Source: Methanocellales archaeon (GTDB lineage Archaea; Halobacteriota; UBA148; JAUWXC01). Taken from it: 64,000 nt of DNA. Of this stretch, positions 29,837-41,433 are shown one piece after another; within the stretch, counting starts at the first letter, position 1; every line of letters starts with the position of its first letter. The DNA lies in NCBI GenBank assembly GCA_030018435.1, contig JASEEY010000005.1, positions 38 to 64,037 on the forward strand, read 5' to 3'. A program made the position numbers and the translations under genes. The notes under the pieces were generated by a model, which was not told the DNA's origin, made no database searches, and saw only the letters and a list, made by a program, of their open reading frames with translations.

Positions 29837-30639
29837 CTCACAGCATCCTCCATTACCTTTACTGGTGCTTCTCGTCCAGTCCAGATCCTAAACGACTCTG
29901 CGCCCTGGTGTACAAGCATGTTGACCCCGTCTATCGTCAAAGCGCCGGCCTTCCTTGCTTCTTTCAGCAGACATGTCTCGATGGGGTTGTACACGATGTC
30001 GAATACGACCAGATCAGGGTGCATCATGTCAGCCGTGACAAGCGTTTTATCCACATCAGGGTGCATTCCCACCGAAGTCGAGTTGATCAGTATGTCGACC
30101 TTCTTCACCAGTGTGGCAAGGTCGCCCATATCGGTACCTATTGCATCGCCTACACCCCTCACGTCCTGTGCGAGTTTGACCGCTCGCGGCGCCGTTCTGT
30201 TGACGATGATGAGACCGGCGCCGTCATGCGCGAGTTGAAATGCTATCGCCCGCGCAGCGCCACCAGCACCCAAGAGCAGGACCCGCTTATCCTTCACGCT
30301 GATGTTGTGCTTTTTCAGTGCGCGTTTGGCGCCGATGCCGTCGGTATTGTAACCAATGATGCCATCCTTAAAATCGATGGTATTGATTGCGCCGATTTCC
30401 TCGGCTATAGGGTCGGCGTTTACAATTTCTAAAGCCCTTTCTTTGAGTGGTATGGTTACGTTCAGCCCGCCAAAGCCGAGTGCTTTCGCTCCCAGGATGG
30501 CATCCCTTACATCCTCAAGAGTGACCCTAAAAGCATAGTATACACAATCCATCCCCAAATGCCTAAATGCCGCATTATGCATGACCGGCGACAGGCTATG
30601 CTCTATAGGGTCTCCGATCACTCCATATACAGTTTTCAT
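29818..30639 (-). CDS. aroE: Shikimate dehydrogenase
   Basis: 273 aa; VIGDPIEHSLSP N-terminus and GAGGAARA NADP site. Confidence 0.85.
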   Translation of the reverse strand: MKTVYGVIGDPIEHSLSPVMHNAAFRHLGMDCVYYAFRVTLEDVRDAILGAKALGFGGLNVTIPLKERALEIVNADPIAEEIGAINTIDFKDGIIGYNTDGIGAKRALKKHNISVKDKRVLLLGAGGAARAIAFQLAHDGAGLIIVNRTAPRAVKLAQDVRGVGDAIGTDMGDLATLVKKVDILINSTSVGMHPDVDKTLVTADMMHPDLVVFDIVYNPIETCLLKEARKAGALTIDGVNMLVHQGAESFRIWTGREAPVKVMEDAVRCALKR

Positions 30640-30645
30640 CTCAAC

Positions 30646-31329
30646 TTACCGCCTCAGTAATACGTCCAGTGTATTCCGCAGTTCGCTCACAGAAAGCTGC
30701 CCGGGCGCTTTGGCCCTGCCGGCATGACCGTATGTCAACGCAGAGCCATACAGCGGTGCAATAATTCTCGAGTGAACGCCGAGGGCGCCCATGGCAATCG
30801 TGCACAAGGGCTTTTGCGCCAGGAGCGTGACCTCCAGCAACTTGAGTACGTCGCCGAGCGAGTTTGCCATGACCGCTAATTTCGGTATATCGCCTGCGCC
30901 ACGTGCTTCTTCTAACATGCGCATCATCTGCTCCTTGGGCGGCGTTTTGTCAAAATCGTGATAGGAGATAATCGATGGCATCCCTTGCTTTTTTGCCCCC
31001 TCTGTCACGACATTTCTTTCCGCAGCTCTCAGCTCAATGTCCACAGCATCAGAGTGCTCCATCGCAGATAACAGCATCGAAATTCTCTCCTCTTCTGAAC
31101 CGGTAAACGAGCCGCCCTCTTTTGACCAACGATTGGTTGCGATAACTGGCAACGGTGAGGATAGATGAACATCCTTGAAAAACTGGTCCACATTCTCCGT
31201 CCTATCGAGCAGGTCTATCCGTATTTCCAGCAGATCAGCGCCTGCTCTTTCTGCGTTGATAACTTCATCGATGGTACTGACCACTCCAACTATTCTGGGC
31301 ACCGAAAGATCGACATCGCCTATCTTCAT
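30646..31329 (-). CDS. aroD: 3-dehydroquinate dehydratase, type I
   Basis: 227 aa; type I DHQase family. Confidence 0.8.
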   Translation of the reverse strand: MKIGDVDLSVPRIVGVVSTIDEVINAERAGADLLEIRIDLLDRTENVDQFFKDVHLSSPLPVIATNRWSKEGGSFTGSEEERISMLLSAMEHSDAVDIELRAAERNVVTEGAKKQGMPSIISYHDFDKTPPKEQMMRMLEEARGAGDIPKLAVMANSLGDVLKLLEVTLLAQKPLCTIAMGALGVHSRIIAPLYGSALTYGHAGRAKAPGQLSVSELRNTLDVLLRR

Positions 31330-31338
31330 AATCGCTCC

Positions 31339-32478
31339 CTACTTCTCGATGATCGTCTCTTCTACCTTCATGCCAAAATGTCTGCCGCCTTCTTCGTAGT
31401 GCACCAGTACCTCATCGCCTGGCTTGAGCGCTGTGACCGCTTTTGGCGTTCCATCCTTGGACACGAGTTTGATTGTCTCTGCATTCTGAAGGATCGTCTT
31501 TATCTTATCTCCTTTTATTTCGGCTTCGACGAGCATGAGCGGTCTTCGCTCGATCTTTACTCGCCCTATTATTGCCTTCTTTGAGGTGCCCTTGGCACTC
31601 ACCACCAACACCTCATCCCCCGCCCCTAATTCGGAAAGGTACTTAGTTTTATCACCCACCTTGACGTACGCATGAACCGCCCCAGCATTCACCCTGAAGG
31701 GGCGGGATGCTACATACGGGCTCTCTTCCGTCTCAGCGTGTACGAGGAATAACCCATTGGATTGTGAGCCAACCAGCATGCCCTCTCCTTTGGATAACAG
31801 CGAGCACGTATCCACACAGACCCTGTCGCCCATTCCGACTGATTTCACCAAGGTGATTTTTGCCGAGGCTAGAGTTATGCCCTTGGCCCCTATGCCTTCG
31901 ATGATGCTCGCCACCTTTTTTACCTCTGGCGCATCAGCATCTAAAAGCACTCCATCTGCACCGTGCTCCAGCGTCTCGAGGGCGACTTTGGCCTCTGCGG
32001 CACTTCCAACTCCTGCGATGATGTCCACATCGTGCTCTTGGAGTGTTGCAATTAGATTCTCCAAGGGGATGACTTTCCAGTCGGTACCTATGACTATTAA
32101 ATGGTCGCAGATTTTTCCCAGCGCAGCCGCAAACTCTTCGTACCTCTTTCCTTTGATTACAACGTACGCTGCGGTCTCCTTCCCATCTATAGACAAACAC
32201 TTGAGCCTGTTCAAATCCGGGGAATCCTTAAGATCGTCTGGCAGCACCCTTGTTCCATCGCCCTCGCTGTTCTTTCCTATCACGGCGATGTCCGCATCGC
32301 TTTTCTCGTCTTTGAGAGGCGCTGCTACCTTGATGCTGCCCAGCGTTCTCACCTTTTCCACATCTTCCTCGTTCACGAGCACGACATCAGCACCAGATTC
32401 CAGGGCAGTCGTAATCCTTGACTTTCTGTCTTCCCACGCCCCTTCATCGGCTTTGACCCACAGGGATTTCCCCTTCAT
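31339..32478 (-). CDS. aroB': 3-dehydroquinate synthase II (archaeal)
   Basis: 379 aa; archaeal DHQS-II family; adjacent to the ADH synthase gene. Confidence 0.8.
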   Translation of the reverse strand: MKGKSLWVKADEGAWEDRKSRITTALESGADVVLVNEEDVEKVRTLGSIKVAAPLKDEKSDADIAVIGKNSEGDGTRVLPDDLKDSPDLNRLKCLSIDGKETAAYVVIKGKRYEEFAAALGKICDHLIVIGTDWKVIPLENLIATLQEHDVDIIAGVGSAAEAKVALETLEHGADGVLLDADAPEVKKVASIIEGIGAKGITLASAKITLVKSVGMGDRVCVDTCSLLSKGEGMLVGSQSNGLFLVHAETEESPYVASRPFRVNAGAVHAYVKVGDKTKYLSELGAGDEVLVVSAKGTSKKAIIGRVKIERRPLMLVEAEIKGDKIKTILQNAETIKLVSKDGTPKAVTALKPGDEVLVHYEEGGRHFGMKVEETIIEK

Positions 32479-33272
32479 TTGAGCACCTCCAGCGCATCCT
32501 CCACGGATGCGTTCTTATGAACTATCTTACTTACTGCCCTGGTCATCTTTGTCGGGTTTGCATGTTGGAATACATTTCTTCCAACAGCCACGCCTTTCGC
32601 GCCTGCATCTATCGCCCCTCTGACCATCTCGAGGATATCCCTGTCGGTTTTTGTCTTTGGACCGCCGGCTATTACCACCGGCACAGGGCATCCCTGAACG
32701 ACTTTCTTGAATGTATCTGGGTCGCCCGTGTAGTTGGTCTTAATTATGTCAGCGCCGAGTTCTGCTCCCGCTCGCGCTACATGTGCCACCGTTTCTGCAT
32801 CGAAAGGATCCTTGATGTTCTTCCCCCTGGGGTACATCATCGCCAGTAACGGCATCCCCCAGACATCGCAGCGTTCTGCTACATTTCCCAGTTTCTGCAG
32901 TTGTTCCGCCTCCGTCTCGGAACCAATGTTGATGTGTACGCTGACAGCATCCGCACCCATCTTTATTGCCTCTTCCACAGTACAGACCTGCACCTTATTG
33001 TTTGGGTCTGGACCAAGAGATGTCGAGGCGCTCATGTGTATGATCAGACCTATATCCCTGCCGTATCCTCTGTGACCGTAGGCGACCATTCCTTTTTGCA
33101 TCAGGACTGCATTTGCGCCACCTTCTGCCACCTTGTCTACGGTTTCCGCGAGGTTCGTCAGCCCCTTGACAGGACCTATGGAGATGCCATGGTCTAAGGG
33201 GATGATCAATGAGTTCCCACTCTTCCTGTCCGTTATCCTTTCTATCCGTACTCTTTTTCCGATTTTGAACAT
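32475..33272 (-). CDS. aroA': 2-amino-3,7-dideoxy-D-threo-hept-6-ulosonate synthase (aldolase-type)
   Basis: 265 aa class-I aldolase-like; archaeal shikimate pathway entry enzyme. Confidence 0.8.
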   Translation of the reverse strand: MFKIGKRVRIERITDRKSGNSLIIPLDHGISIGPVKGLTNLAETVDKVAEGGANAVLMQKGMVAYGHRGYGRDIGLIIHMSASTSLGPDPNNKVQVCTVEEAIKMGADAVSVHINIGSETEAEQLQKLGNVAERCDVWGMPLLAMMYPRGKNIKDPFDAETVAHVARAGAELGADIIKTNYTGDPDTFKKVVQGCPVPVVIAGGPKTKTDRDILEMVRGAIDAGAKGVAVGRNVFQHANPTKMTRAVSKIVHKNASVEDALEVLK

Positions 33273-33343
33273 ATTATCGCCTCCAGTATTATGCTACTGT
33301 GTCACATAGTAGCACGCTAAAAACATTTAAACCTATCGGTGCA

Positions 33344-34120
33344 TCATTTCGTGGCCGACTTGAGCGTCGCTGCTAAGCCTGCTAAGTCTTCCAGCATTTT
33401 TGGCTCATTTTTCGCGATGATATTCACAAAAGCAGAGCCAACAATCACACCATCCGCTCCCGCCTCTAAGATCTTCTTGACGTGTCCTGGCTTGGATATA
33501 CCAAATCCAACCGCCTTGGGAATGGGCGCCTTTGTGCGCTTTAACAGCTCTCTCGTTGATGTCGCGACGTCCTCTCGCATACCGGTCACGCCCAGCCGCG
33601 ACACGAGGTATAAAAAGCCAGATGCCTTACTTAGGATTAAATTTATTCTCTCCTCTGTTGTGGTGGGCGCCACAAGGAAAATCAGGTCTATTTCAGAGTC
33701 TTGGCAACATTGGTGTAATTCTTCGGATTCCTCCACGGGCAGGTCAGGCACGATAATGCCAGTGATGCCGGCAGATTTGCAATCAGATACAAATCGTTCA
33801 ACCCCCCTCCGGAATATGATGTTATAATAGGTCATCACGATCAGCGGAACAGCGACGTTCATGGAGCCAACAAGTCTGAAAAATTTGTCCGGATTCATCC
33901 CTGATGTCAGCGCTCTGTCTATCGCCGCCTGAATCGTGGCTCCATCTGCTATGGGGTCTGAGAACGGCAGTCCCAATTCGATCATGTCCACACCGCCTTT
34001 GACTAGTGCATCTACGATCTCAACGGTTTTCTCTGCTGTAGGGTCTCCTGCGCAGATATATGTAATGAGTGCTCTCTCTTTTTTCCTCATCAACGCGTCG
34101 AACTTTTTCTTTATCTTCAT
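33344..34120 (-). CDS. trpA: Tryptophan synthase alpha chain
   Basis: 258 aa TrpA family. Confidence 0.9.
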   Translation of the reverse strand: MKIKKKFDALMRKKERALITYICAGDPTAEKTVEIVDALVKGGVDMIELGLPFSDPIADGATIQAAIDRALTSGMNPDKFFRLVGSMNVAVPLIVMTYYNIIFRRGVERFVSDCKSAGITGIIVPDLPVEESEELHQCCQDSEIDLIFLVAPTTTEERINLILSKASGFLYLVSRLGVTGMREDVATSTRELLKRTKAPIPKAVGFGISKPGHVKKILEAGADGVIVGSAFVNIIAKNEPKMLEDLAGLAATLKSATK

Positions 34121-35280
34121 CTCAACCCTGCCACTATCTCAACGTCCTTGTCTCCTCGGCCCGAGAGATTGATGATCACCAAGCGTCCTACATCCTCTGC
34201 CTTTTGAACATATGCAATGGCATGTGCACTCTCGAGGGCAGGAACGATTCCTTCCAATCTGCTCAGCAGGTGAAACGCATCTACCGCTTCCCCATCGCTG
34301 ATGTTCCTTGCTTTCACCCTACCAATATCGACGAGACGTGCCAGTTCGGGACCTACGCCGGAGTAATCCAATCCAGGAGCGATAGAATGCGACTCCAAGA
34401 TCTGTCCATACTCATTTTGCAAGATCTTGGTGCGCGCGCCGTGAAGTATGCCTTCCTCACCAGCACACAAGGAGGCAGAGTGATATGCCACCTTTTCTGT
34501 TTTCTTCAGTCCTTTGCCGCCCGCCTCCACGGCGAACAGGGCAACATCGTCTTTGAGAAATGGATAAAATATGCCCATGGCATTGCTGCCACCGCCCGCA
34601 CATGCTACAATGGAGTCTGGTAATCCACCTTCTTTTTCAAGGATTTGCTCTCTCGTTTCATGACCGATGACGCTCTGAAAATCCCTGACAATCGTCGGAT
34701 ATGGATGTGGACCCACGACGGAGCCTATCAGATAATACGTGTCGCCAACGTTCGTCACCCAATCCCTAAGCGCCTCGTTGATGGCATCCTTCAGCGTTCG
34801 AGAACCAGACTTCACGGGTATGACCTCTGCGCCAAGCAGTTTCATTCTGAACACATTCATCTTCTGGCGCTCCACATCCTTTGCGCCCATATATATCACT
34901 GTCTTCAAGCCCAGGACGGCTCCCGCCATTGCAGTTGCCGTGCCATGTTGACCGGCGCCGGTTTCTGCGATGATACGTCTTTTTCCCATATACTTAGCCA
35001 GTAATGCCTGCCCCATCGTGTTATTTAACTTGTGAGCGCCTCCATGCACGAGATCCTCGCGCTTTAGATATATCCTCTTGTCAAATTGCTCGCTCAACCG
35101 TCGGGCATAATATAATGGAGTGGGGCGCCCCCCAAAATCCTCCAGGTAATGGCGCAACTCTGCTATGAACGTGGACTCATTCTTATATCTCTCATATCCC
35201 TCTGCAAGCTCTTCCAGTGCAGGCATCAGGACCTCAGGGACAAATTGCCCGCCATATCTTCCGAACGTCTTCTCCATCAT
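34117..35280 (-). CDS. trpB: Tryptophan synthase beta chain
   Basis: 387 aa PLP enzyme; HGGAHK-like motif. Confidence 0.9.
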   Translation of the reverse strand: MMEKTFGRYGGQFVPEVLMPALEELAEGYERYKNESTFIAELRHYLEDFGGRPTPLYYARRLSEQFDKRIYLKREDLVHGGAHKLNNTMGQALLAKYMGKRRIIAETGAGQHGTATAMAGAVLGLKTVIYMGAKDVERQKMNVFRMKLLGAEVIPVKSGSRTLKDAINEALRDWVTNVGDTYYLIGSVVGPHPYPTIVRDFQSVIGHETREQILEKEGGLPDSIVACAGGGSNAMGIFYPFLKDDVALFAVEAGGKGLKKTEKVAYHSASLCAGEEGILHGARTKILQNEYGQILESHSIAPGLDYSGVGPELARLVDIGRVKARNISDGEAVDAFHLLSRLEGIVPALESAHAIAYVQKAEDVGRLVIINLSGRGDKDVEIVAGLR

Positions 35281-36035
35281 TTCCCCCGGAATGCGTCGAC
35301 CATCTCTTTAGCCTTACCGATATCCTGCATGATCGCTGTGCCGACCAGTATGCCGTCCACACCGGCTTCGATCACCCTGCGGGCATCTTTTGCACTGCTA
35401 ATGCCGCTCTCGCTGATTATGAAGCGTGCAGGATCGGCCTCTTTGATGCACGATACCAGCCTCTCGGTTACAGACAAATCGACATTTAGCGTGTTAAGGT
35501 CTCTGTTGTTGATTCCTATGATTCTCGTAGGGGTATTCAAAGCGGAGCGTATTTCTTCTTCCGAGTGGACTTCCACGATGGGCTCAAAACCATAGAATTG
35601 CGCCTTTGTCACGAAGTAGTCCAGCTCATCCCCCAAGATTCTTGCAATAAGCAGGATTAGGTCCGACTCAACCTCCTGCAGCTGTAGTTCGTCAATGATA
35701 AAGTCCTTGCGCAGCACTGGTATATCAACGGCGTTTCTTACTGCCGTCAGAAGATCAATGCTGCCGCCAAAGAACTTGGGTTCAGTAAGCACTGAGATCG
35801 CAATAACATCTTCAGCCAACATTTTTGCGATGTGCACAGCATCTGCCTGCGAAATATCCTTGATTCTACCGTAAGAAGGCGATGTGGGCTTGATTTCTGC
35901 AATAAGAGGAATTTTTTCCTCCTCCCACTTTGCCCTCATCCCGCTTATGATATCCCTAGTCTGAACCTTAAACGATCTGGGCTTTATGTCCTTAACCCTC
36001 TTTTTCGTTTCCGCTACAATGTCATCGATCAACAT
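35277..36035 (-). CDS. trpC: Indole-3-glycerol phosphate synthase
   Basis: 252 aa; [10 protein letters not shown] motif. Confidence 0.9.
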   Translation of the reverse strand: MLIDDIVAETKKRVKDIKPRSFKVQTRDIISGMRAKWEEEKIPLIAEIKPTSPSYGRIKDISQADAVHIAKMLAEDVIAISVLTEPKFFGGSIDLLTAVRNAVDIPVLRKDFIIDELQLQEVESDLILLIARILGDELDYFVTKAQFYGFEPIVEVHSEEEIRSALNTPTRIIGINNRDLNTLNVDLSVTERLVSCIKEADPARFIISESGISSAKDARRVIEAGVDGILVGTAIMQDIGKAKEMVDAFRGK

Positions 36036-36601
36036 ACCCTCTCCATGAAGTTTTGGATAATCTTCTTTCCAGCAGGTGTCAGCACGCTCTCTGGATGAAA
36101 CTGTACACCCTCAATGGGGTATTTGATGTGGCGCGCTCCCATTATTATGCCATCCTCATCAACAGCCGTCACCCTAAGATCGCTTGGCAGTTCTATGACG
36201 GCCAACGAATGGTACCGCCCTCCAATCAGTGGATTTTCTACCCCATCGTATATCGCCTTGCCATCGTGTACAATCTTGGATGTCTTGCCATGGACTGGAC
36301 CAAAGGGGGAATGCGCAACCTTTCCGCCAAACGCGATGCATATCGCCTGATGGCCGAGACAAACCCCCAACATCGGTGTTTCTTTAAACTCTCTAATGAT
36401 CCCTAAACACGAACCGATGTCTTTTTGGTTATGAGGATTACCCGGCCCCGGCGAGATGATGATCGCGTCTGGCTTGATTTGTCTTACCTCTTCTATGGAA
36501 ACTGTGTTCGGCACGACGACCACGTCTGGCTCGATTACTGCTACATAATCTACCAGATTGTATATGAACGAATCCCTGTTGTTGATGAACAGCGTCTTCA
36601 T
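36029..36601 (-). CDS. trpG: Anthranilate synthase component II (glutamine amidotransferase)
   Basis: 190 aa class-I GATase (GVCLGHQ). Confidence 0.9.
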   Translation of the reverse strand: MKTLFINNRDSFIYNLVDYVAVIEPDVVVVPNTVSIEEVRQIKPDAIIISPGPGNPHNQKDIGSCLGIIREFKETPMLGVCLGHQAICIAFGGKVAHSPFGPVHGKTSKIVHDGKAIYDGVENPLIGGRYHSLAVIELPSDLRVTAVDEDGIIMGARHIKYPIEGVQFHPESVLTPAGKKIIQNFMERVC

Positions 36602-38085
36602 ACGCCCTCCAGCGTTTCAATCGCTCTGAGCATTGCACCCATCTTCTTTTCAGTCTCATAGTACTCATTCTCAGGAACTGAATCTGCAACGATCCCGGCA
36701 CCGGCTTGGATATGGAGTTTATTGGCCTCCTTCACGATTGTCCTGATGATGATTGCAAAGTCGGCATCCCCATTAAACGAGAAATAGCCGAGCCCTCCTG
36801 CATAGACGTCTCTTGCGTCTTTCTCCAGCTCATCTATGATTTCCATTGCCCTGATCTTTGGCGCTCCAGAAACGGTCCCTGCGGGAAAGATTGCCCGGAT
36901 AGCATCAAACATGCTGCATTCATCCTTCAGAATTCCTGTCACGGTGCTCTCGAGGTGCTGGACGTGCGAGTACTTCAGCACTGACATATAGTCATCGACT
37001 ACAACGCTTCCTGGCTTGGACACTTTCGCGACATCATTTCTTCCCAAGTCGACCAACATGATGTGCTCAGCAACCTCCTTTGGATCGTATCGCATCTCTT
37101 CTGCCAGCCTTTCATCCTCCTCCCTGGTAGCACCCCTTCCACGCGTACCTGCAATTGGATTCGTGATGACCCTTCTGCCGTGAACTGTCACCAGCGTCTC
37201 CGGGCTGGCACCGATGATTGCACCATCGCCAAACTGAACGCAGTACATATAGGGAGATGGATTAACATCTCGCAATCTCTTGTAAACCTGCAACGCATCG
37301 CTTTCGCCATCAAACTCATACCGTCTGGAAAGAACCACCTGAAATATGTCTCCATCGTAGATGTGTTCTTTTGCCTTTCTGACCATATCCTCGTATTCGT
37401 CCTTGCTTGTGTTTGAGTGTGGGGTGTCAACTGAAACCTTGGGCGCATGCGCAGACTTGACGTTCATTCGTGCCTCTATGCGCTTTATGTTCTCTACCGC
37501 ATCAGCATATGCCTCTTCTGGAGAGATGTCCGGCGTTATCAGCGCGTTGAACAGTATGTACGTCTTATTCTCCAAATGGTCAAACAGGATTGTCGAAGGG
37601 GAGAACATGAATTTGAAATCGTCCTTCTTCTCATGCCTGCTCTTTATATTCTCCCATCTGAGCGCTGCGTCGTAGGCGATGTAGCCGATCAAACCGCCCA
37701 CAAATACGTGCCTATCAAAATGGATGCTGGAGTGATGCTCAATGCTCCTGAAAAGAGATGATAGTGCATTGAACGCATCTGTACACTTGAGATAGGGGCT
37801 AGCCATCGCAAATAGCCGCTCGCCTGCATCGTCCAGCGCCTCCAATTTCATTCCACCGTCTGCGGATATGATTGCGCTCGGACTGACACCCACAAACGAA
37901 AAGCGCGCATGCCTCTTCTCCTTCTCCACAGATTCCAGGATATAGGACTCACCCTCAGAATACAGCGCCTCGTAGCATTCCAATGGCGTCTTGTCTAACG
38001 TCACCTCTTTGTGCAGGGCGATTGCACACGGCTTTTTCGCTTTTTCTGCCATTTTCAGGAATCGTCTTTTGTCAGAATGAAGCAC
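36598..38085 (-). CDS. trpE: Anthranilate synthase component I
   Basis: 495 aa chorismate-binding enzyme family. Confidence 0.9.
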   Translation of the reverse strand: MLHSDKRRFLKMAEKAKKPCAIALHKEVTLDKTPLECYEALYSEGESYILESVEKEKRHARFSFVGVSPSAIISADGGMKLEALDDAGERLFAMASPYLKCTDAFNALSSLFRSIEHHSSIHFDRHVFVGGLIGYIAYDAALRWENIKSRHEKKDDFKFMFSPSTILFDHLENKTYILFNALITPDISPEEAYADAVENIKRIEARMNVKSAHAPKVSVDTPHSNTSKDEYEDMVRKAKEHIYDGDIFQVVLSRRYEFDGESDALQVYKRLRDVNPSPYMYCVQFGDGAIIGASPETLVTVHGRRVITNPIAGTRGRGATREEDERLAEEMRYDPKEVAEHIMLVDLGRNDVAKVSKPGSVVVDDYMSVLKYSHVQHLESTVTGILKDECSMFDAIRAIFPAGTVSGAPKIRAMEIIDELEKDARDVYAGGLGYFSFNGDADFAIIIRTIVKEANKLHIQAGAGIVADSVPENEYYETEKKMGAMLRAIETLEGV

Positions 38086-38716
38086 GTTTTACCTCCCTGA
38101 TGAACGCGTTCAACTTGGATGCATCTTTTCGTCCATTCGTTTCTACGCCCGATGCCACATCTACCGCATAAGGCTTGACGATGGAGACCGCTTGAAACAC
38201 GTTTTCCGGTCTCAACCCTCCTGCCAGGATTACTGGAATGGAGCACCTCCTCACAATTTCGGCGCTGATTCTCCAATCGTGAGTCGTTCCAGTTCCACCA
38301 GGCCCGTCTCCAACGGTGTCCAGTAGTATCGCATCGGCGAAATCCTCTACTTCGTTAATTCGCGATATCGCGCCAGCAAAATCCGAAACACCAACCGTTT
38401 TGATGACGGGTATGTCCATCTGCTCTCTCAAGTATTGAATTTCCTTGACCGCCAAATCACTATGAATCTGAACTGCCCTGGGCCTGACTTTTTTGATTAG
38501 CGAAATCGCCTCATCGGCGCTTTTTGGCATGGTCACCAGCACAGATGTCACAAAGACTGGCACTTTCTTGCTCAGCGAAGCCGCGGTTGCGGCATCAATC
38601 TTGCGCGGTGTGTCCACTGGAACGTCTGTTATGAAGCCGATGGCATCAGCGCCGCATTCTATTGCCAAACCCAGGTCTGTAGCGTTCGTGATGCCGCATA
38701 TCTTAACCTTCGTCAT
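38072..38716 (-). CDS. trpF: Phosphoribosylanthranilate isomerase
   Basis: MTKVKICGIT.. start at the ATG 38716; ATGA overlap with trpD. Confidence 0.85.
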   Translation of the reverse strand: MTKVKICGITNATDLGLAIECGADAIGFITDVPVDTPRKIDAATAASLSKKVPVFVTSVLVTMPKSADEAISLIKKVRPRAVQIHSDLAVKEIQYLREQMDIPVIKTVGVSDFAGAISRINEVEDFADAILLDTVGDGPGGTGTTHDWRISAEIVRRCSIPVILAGGLRPENVFQAVSIVKPYAVDVASGVETNGRKDASKLNAFIREVKRASF

Positions 38717-39747
38717 AAAAATCTCTTCAGTTTGCCGGGATCGCCAGTGCACTCTACTAGCTCCTTCAACTTGGACAGGGCGGCACCGCTGTCTATCGAT
38801 TCCTCCGCCCTTTGCACGCCCCCTTTTAGACTCTTAGCACCACCGCCGACGAATATGGCGGCTGCGGAATTCATCACGATGATGTCGCGACATGCACCTT
38901 TTTCGCCACTTAAAACCCTGACCAAAGCAGCGGCATTTTCCTCTGGCGTTCCACCTGCGATATCCTCCGGCGTTGCAACCTCAAATCCCAGTTCGTCAGG
39001 CGTGATGGAATACGTCTTTATGCGTCCGTCGCTGAGCTCTGCTACCATCGTCTCTCCTATGTTCGATATCTCATCCAACCCATCTCCATTGACCACCAAC
39101 GCCTTTTTTGTGCCAAGCACCCGCAGCACATTGGCCAATTTCTCGCACAGTAACCCATCATATACGCCTATTAGCTGCGCCTCTGCATTGGCAGGATTGG
39201 TAAGAGGCCCTAGGATGTTGAAAATGGTGCGCACGCCGATCTCCCTTCTCGGCTGCACCACTCTTTTCATGGTGGGATGAAATACCGGTGCGAGCATGAA
39301 ACCTATGCCAATGGATTCGATTAGGCGTTTCACCTCAGGTGGAGATAGATCGATTTTCACCCCTAGCTCCCTAAGCACATCAGCGCTGCCACACTTGGAT
39401 GTGATGGAGAAGTTCCCATGCTTCGCCACGGATATGCCCGTAGATGCAGCCACGATGGCCGCTGCCGTGCTGACGTTAATCGTGTCATACCTATCACCAC
39501 CGGTGCCACACGTGTCTATCAATGGACTGACGTTAGGCGAGATGGTGTGCGCCACTTTTTTCATGCCTCTAACAAGACCGGCGATCTCATCGGGCGTCTC
39601 CCCTTTCATCTTCAGCCCCATCAGGAAAGCACCGATCTGTGCATCTGTTGCCGATGTGAGTATGAGCCCCATCGCCCTCTCGGCTTCCTCTACCGAGAGA
39701 TTTTCGCCGCTGCTTACCTTTGATATAAGTTCTTTCATTTCAATCAC
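38713..39747 (-). CDS. trpD: Anthranilate phosphoribosyltransferase
   Basis: 344 aa TrpD family. Confidence 0.9.
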   Translation of the reverse strand: MIEMKELISKVSSGENLSVEEAERAMGLILTSATDAQIGAFLMGLKMKGETPDEIAGLVRGMKKVAHTISPNVSPLIDTCGTGGDRYDTINVSTAAAIVAASTGISVAKHGNFSITSKCGSADVLRELGVKIDLSPPEVKRLIESIGIGFMLAPVFHPTMKRVVQPRREIGVRTIFNILGPLTNPANAEAQLIGVYDGLLCEKLANVLRVLGTKKALVVNGDGLDEISNIGETMVAELSDGRIKTYSITPDELGFEVATPEDIAGGTPEENAAALVRVLSGEKGACRDIIVMNSAAAIFVGGGAKSLKGGVQRAEESIDSGAALSKLKELVECTGDPGKLKRFL

Positions 39748-39841
39748 TGTATAAATTTATACGTCAGTGCATAATAATGTGCATTATATTTAAAGGTTGT
39801 GTCAATCCTATTTATATCACCACGTAGCATATGCCCTTAGA

Positions 39842-40651
39842 ATGATCATAGGCGTACTGGGTCCAGAAGGAACGTTTTCTGAGCAGGCAGCAAAAAAGTG
39901 GGATGACAGAGCAGAGTTGAGGTATTATGAGGATGTCTTCGACGTGTCAAAAGCCGTGGTTGACGGCGCCGTAGATCATGGCATCATCCCCATAGAGAAC
40001 TCTCTCGAAGGATCAGTTGGAATGACACTCGATGCACTGCTGCAACATGAGGTTAAGATGATAGGAGAGGTCATCATTCCCATCAGGTACTGTTTGCTTT
40101 CAAGAGGGGATCTTTCAGATATCAAGACAGTTCTTTCACATCCTCAGGCGCTGGCTCAGTGCAGGCACTTTATCAAGTCGCGTCTTAGAGGCGTGGAAAC
40201 GAGAGAAACGGCAAGCACCGCCCTCGCTGCTCAAATGGTATCTAAGTCAAAAAAGATGGCTGCCATCGCATCCGAGGAGGCGACTGACAAGTATGGTTTG
40301 AGGGTACTTATGCGTGACATTCAAGACCGGAAAGAAAATTACACGCGATTTGCCGTACTCGGAAAAGATATGTCTGGACCAAGCGGCAAGGACAAGACTT
40401 CTGTGATCGTGTATTTGCGAAAAGACAGACCGGGCGCACTCTATGAGATACTGGGTGAGTTCGCATCCAGGGGTATTAACCTGACGAGAATCGAGTCCAG
40501 ACCCACCAAGAAGGTATTAGGGGATTACCTGTTCTTCATCGACCTGGAGGGGCATATTGAGGATGTTATTATCAAGGAAGCGCTGGAAAATGTCGAGACA
40601 AAGGCCGGCATGTTAAGAGTGCTCGGGTCGTATCCTGTGGCGGTAGAATGA
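39842..40651 (+). CDS. pheA: Prephenate dehydratase with ACT domain
   Basis: MIIGVLGPEGTFSEQAA start; TRF and ESRP motifs. Confidence 0.85.
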   Translation: MIIGVLGPEGTFSEQAAKKWDDRAELRYYEDVFDVSKAVVDGAVDHGIIPIENSLEGSVGMTLDALLQHEVKMIGEVIIPIRYCLLSRGDLSDIKTVLSHPQALAQCRHFIKSRLRGVETRETASTALAAQMVSKSKKMAAIASEEATDKYGLRVLMRDIQDRKENYTRFAVLGKDMSGPSGKDKTSVIVYLRKDRPGALYEILGEFASRGINLTRIESRPTKKVLGDYLFFIDLEGHIEDVIIKEALENVETKAGMLRVLGSYPVAVE

Positions 40652-41433
40652 GGCGAAAACTCGTTGCAATTCTTCTTGTCGTTTTTATGCTCACCTCCAT
40701 GCTCACGATCTTCATGGCGAACTGGGGGGAGAACGACGCATGGGAAGACCGGAGCATCAATTCCATAGCGGGAGCACTGAATATGACGCCACAAGGCGTT
40801 TCTCTTGCCCAATACATCGACGTTCAAAAGACGCACAACACGCCCTTGGGTGATTTGCTAGCCAGAGGTGGTGCAATCAAGCCATACTCACTATACAATG
40901 CGGAAATCACAGAAATGTGCGTGGTGAGGCTTGAAGACGGGAGCTGGGTGGAATTTCATCAAACCGCCACCATGCCCCGTGTGACGAACTACGTCAATGC
41001 CATTGACTACCTTGGTCATAATATCTTGATAAGGGATGTAGGTGGCGCCAGGGTGGCCAATGTGTTGGGGTCTCCAAACATCTACGGTCCGCTTGAGAAC
41101 GTTAAAAGGGTGCTGGATGTCATGGAGGGCAATGCCTCGTCCGCTAAGGACGACTTTGAGATACTGAAAAAAGCGCGTTCAGCCGAGTTTGAAAGACTTG
41201 GCGTCGAGGAGTTCGCCGATTGCTTCTACCTCAATATCCATCAACTGGAGAGCGGGAGATACCAGAGCATCCGTGTATATCAAAACCCGTCCATGGATAA
41301 GGCGACGGATCTAACAAAACTCGCTGAAACCGCCCCCTCGCATGGGTTAACGTACAACATTAGGCAGTATGATGGATATGTGATCGTCACCATCATAGGG
41401 GAATTTGAGGCGGTGGCAAGCGAACAGCCCTAA
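40648..41433 (+). CDS. Hypothetical secreted/membrane-anchored protein, ATGA-coupled to pheA
   Basis: N-terminal TM, 261 aa, no family recognised. Confidence 0.4.
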   Translation: MRRKLVAILLVVFMLTSMLTIFMANWGENDAWEDRSINSIAGALNMTPQGVSLAQYIDVQKTHNTPLGDLLARGGAIKPYSLYNAEITEMCVVRLEDGSWVEFHQTATMPRVTNYVNAIDYLGHNILIRDVGGARVANVLGSPNIYGPLENVKRVLDVMEGNASSAKDDFEILKKARSAEFERLGVEEFADCFYLNIHQLESGRYQSIRVYQNPSMDKATDLTKLAETAPSHGLTYNIRQYDGYVIVTIIGEFEAVASEQP

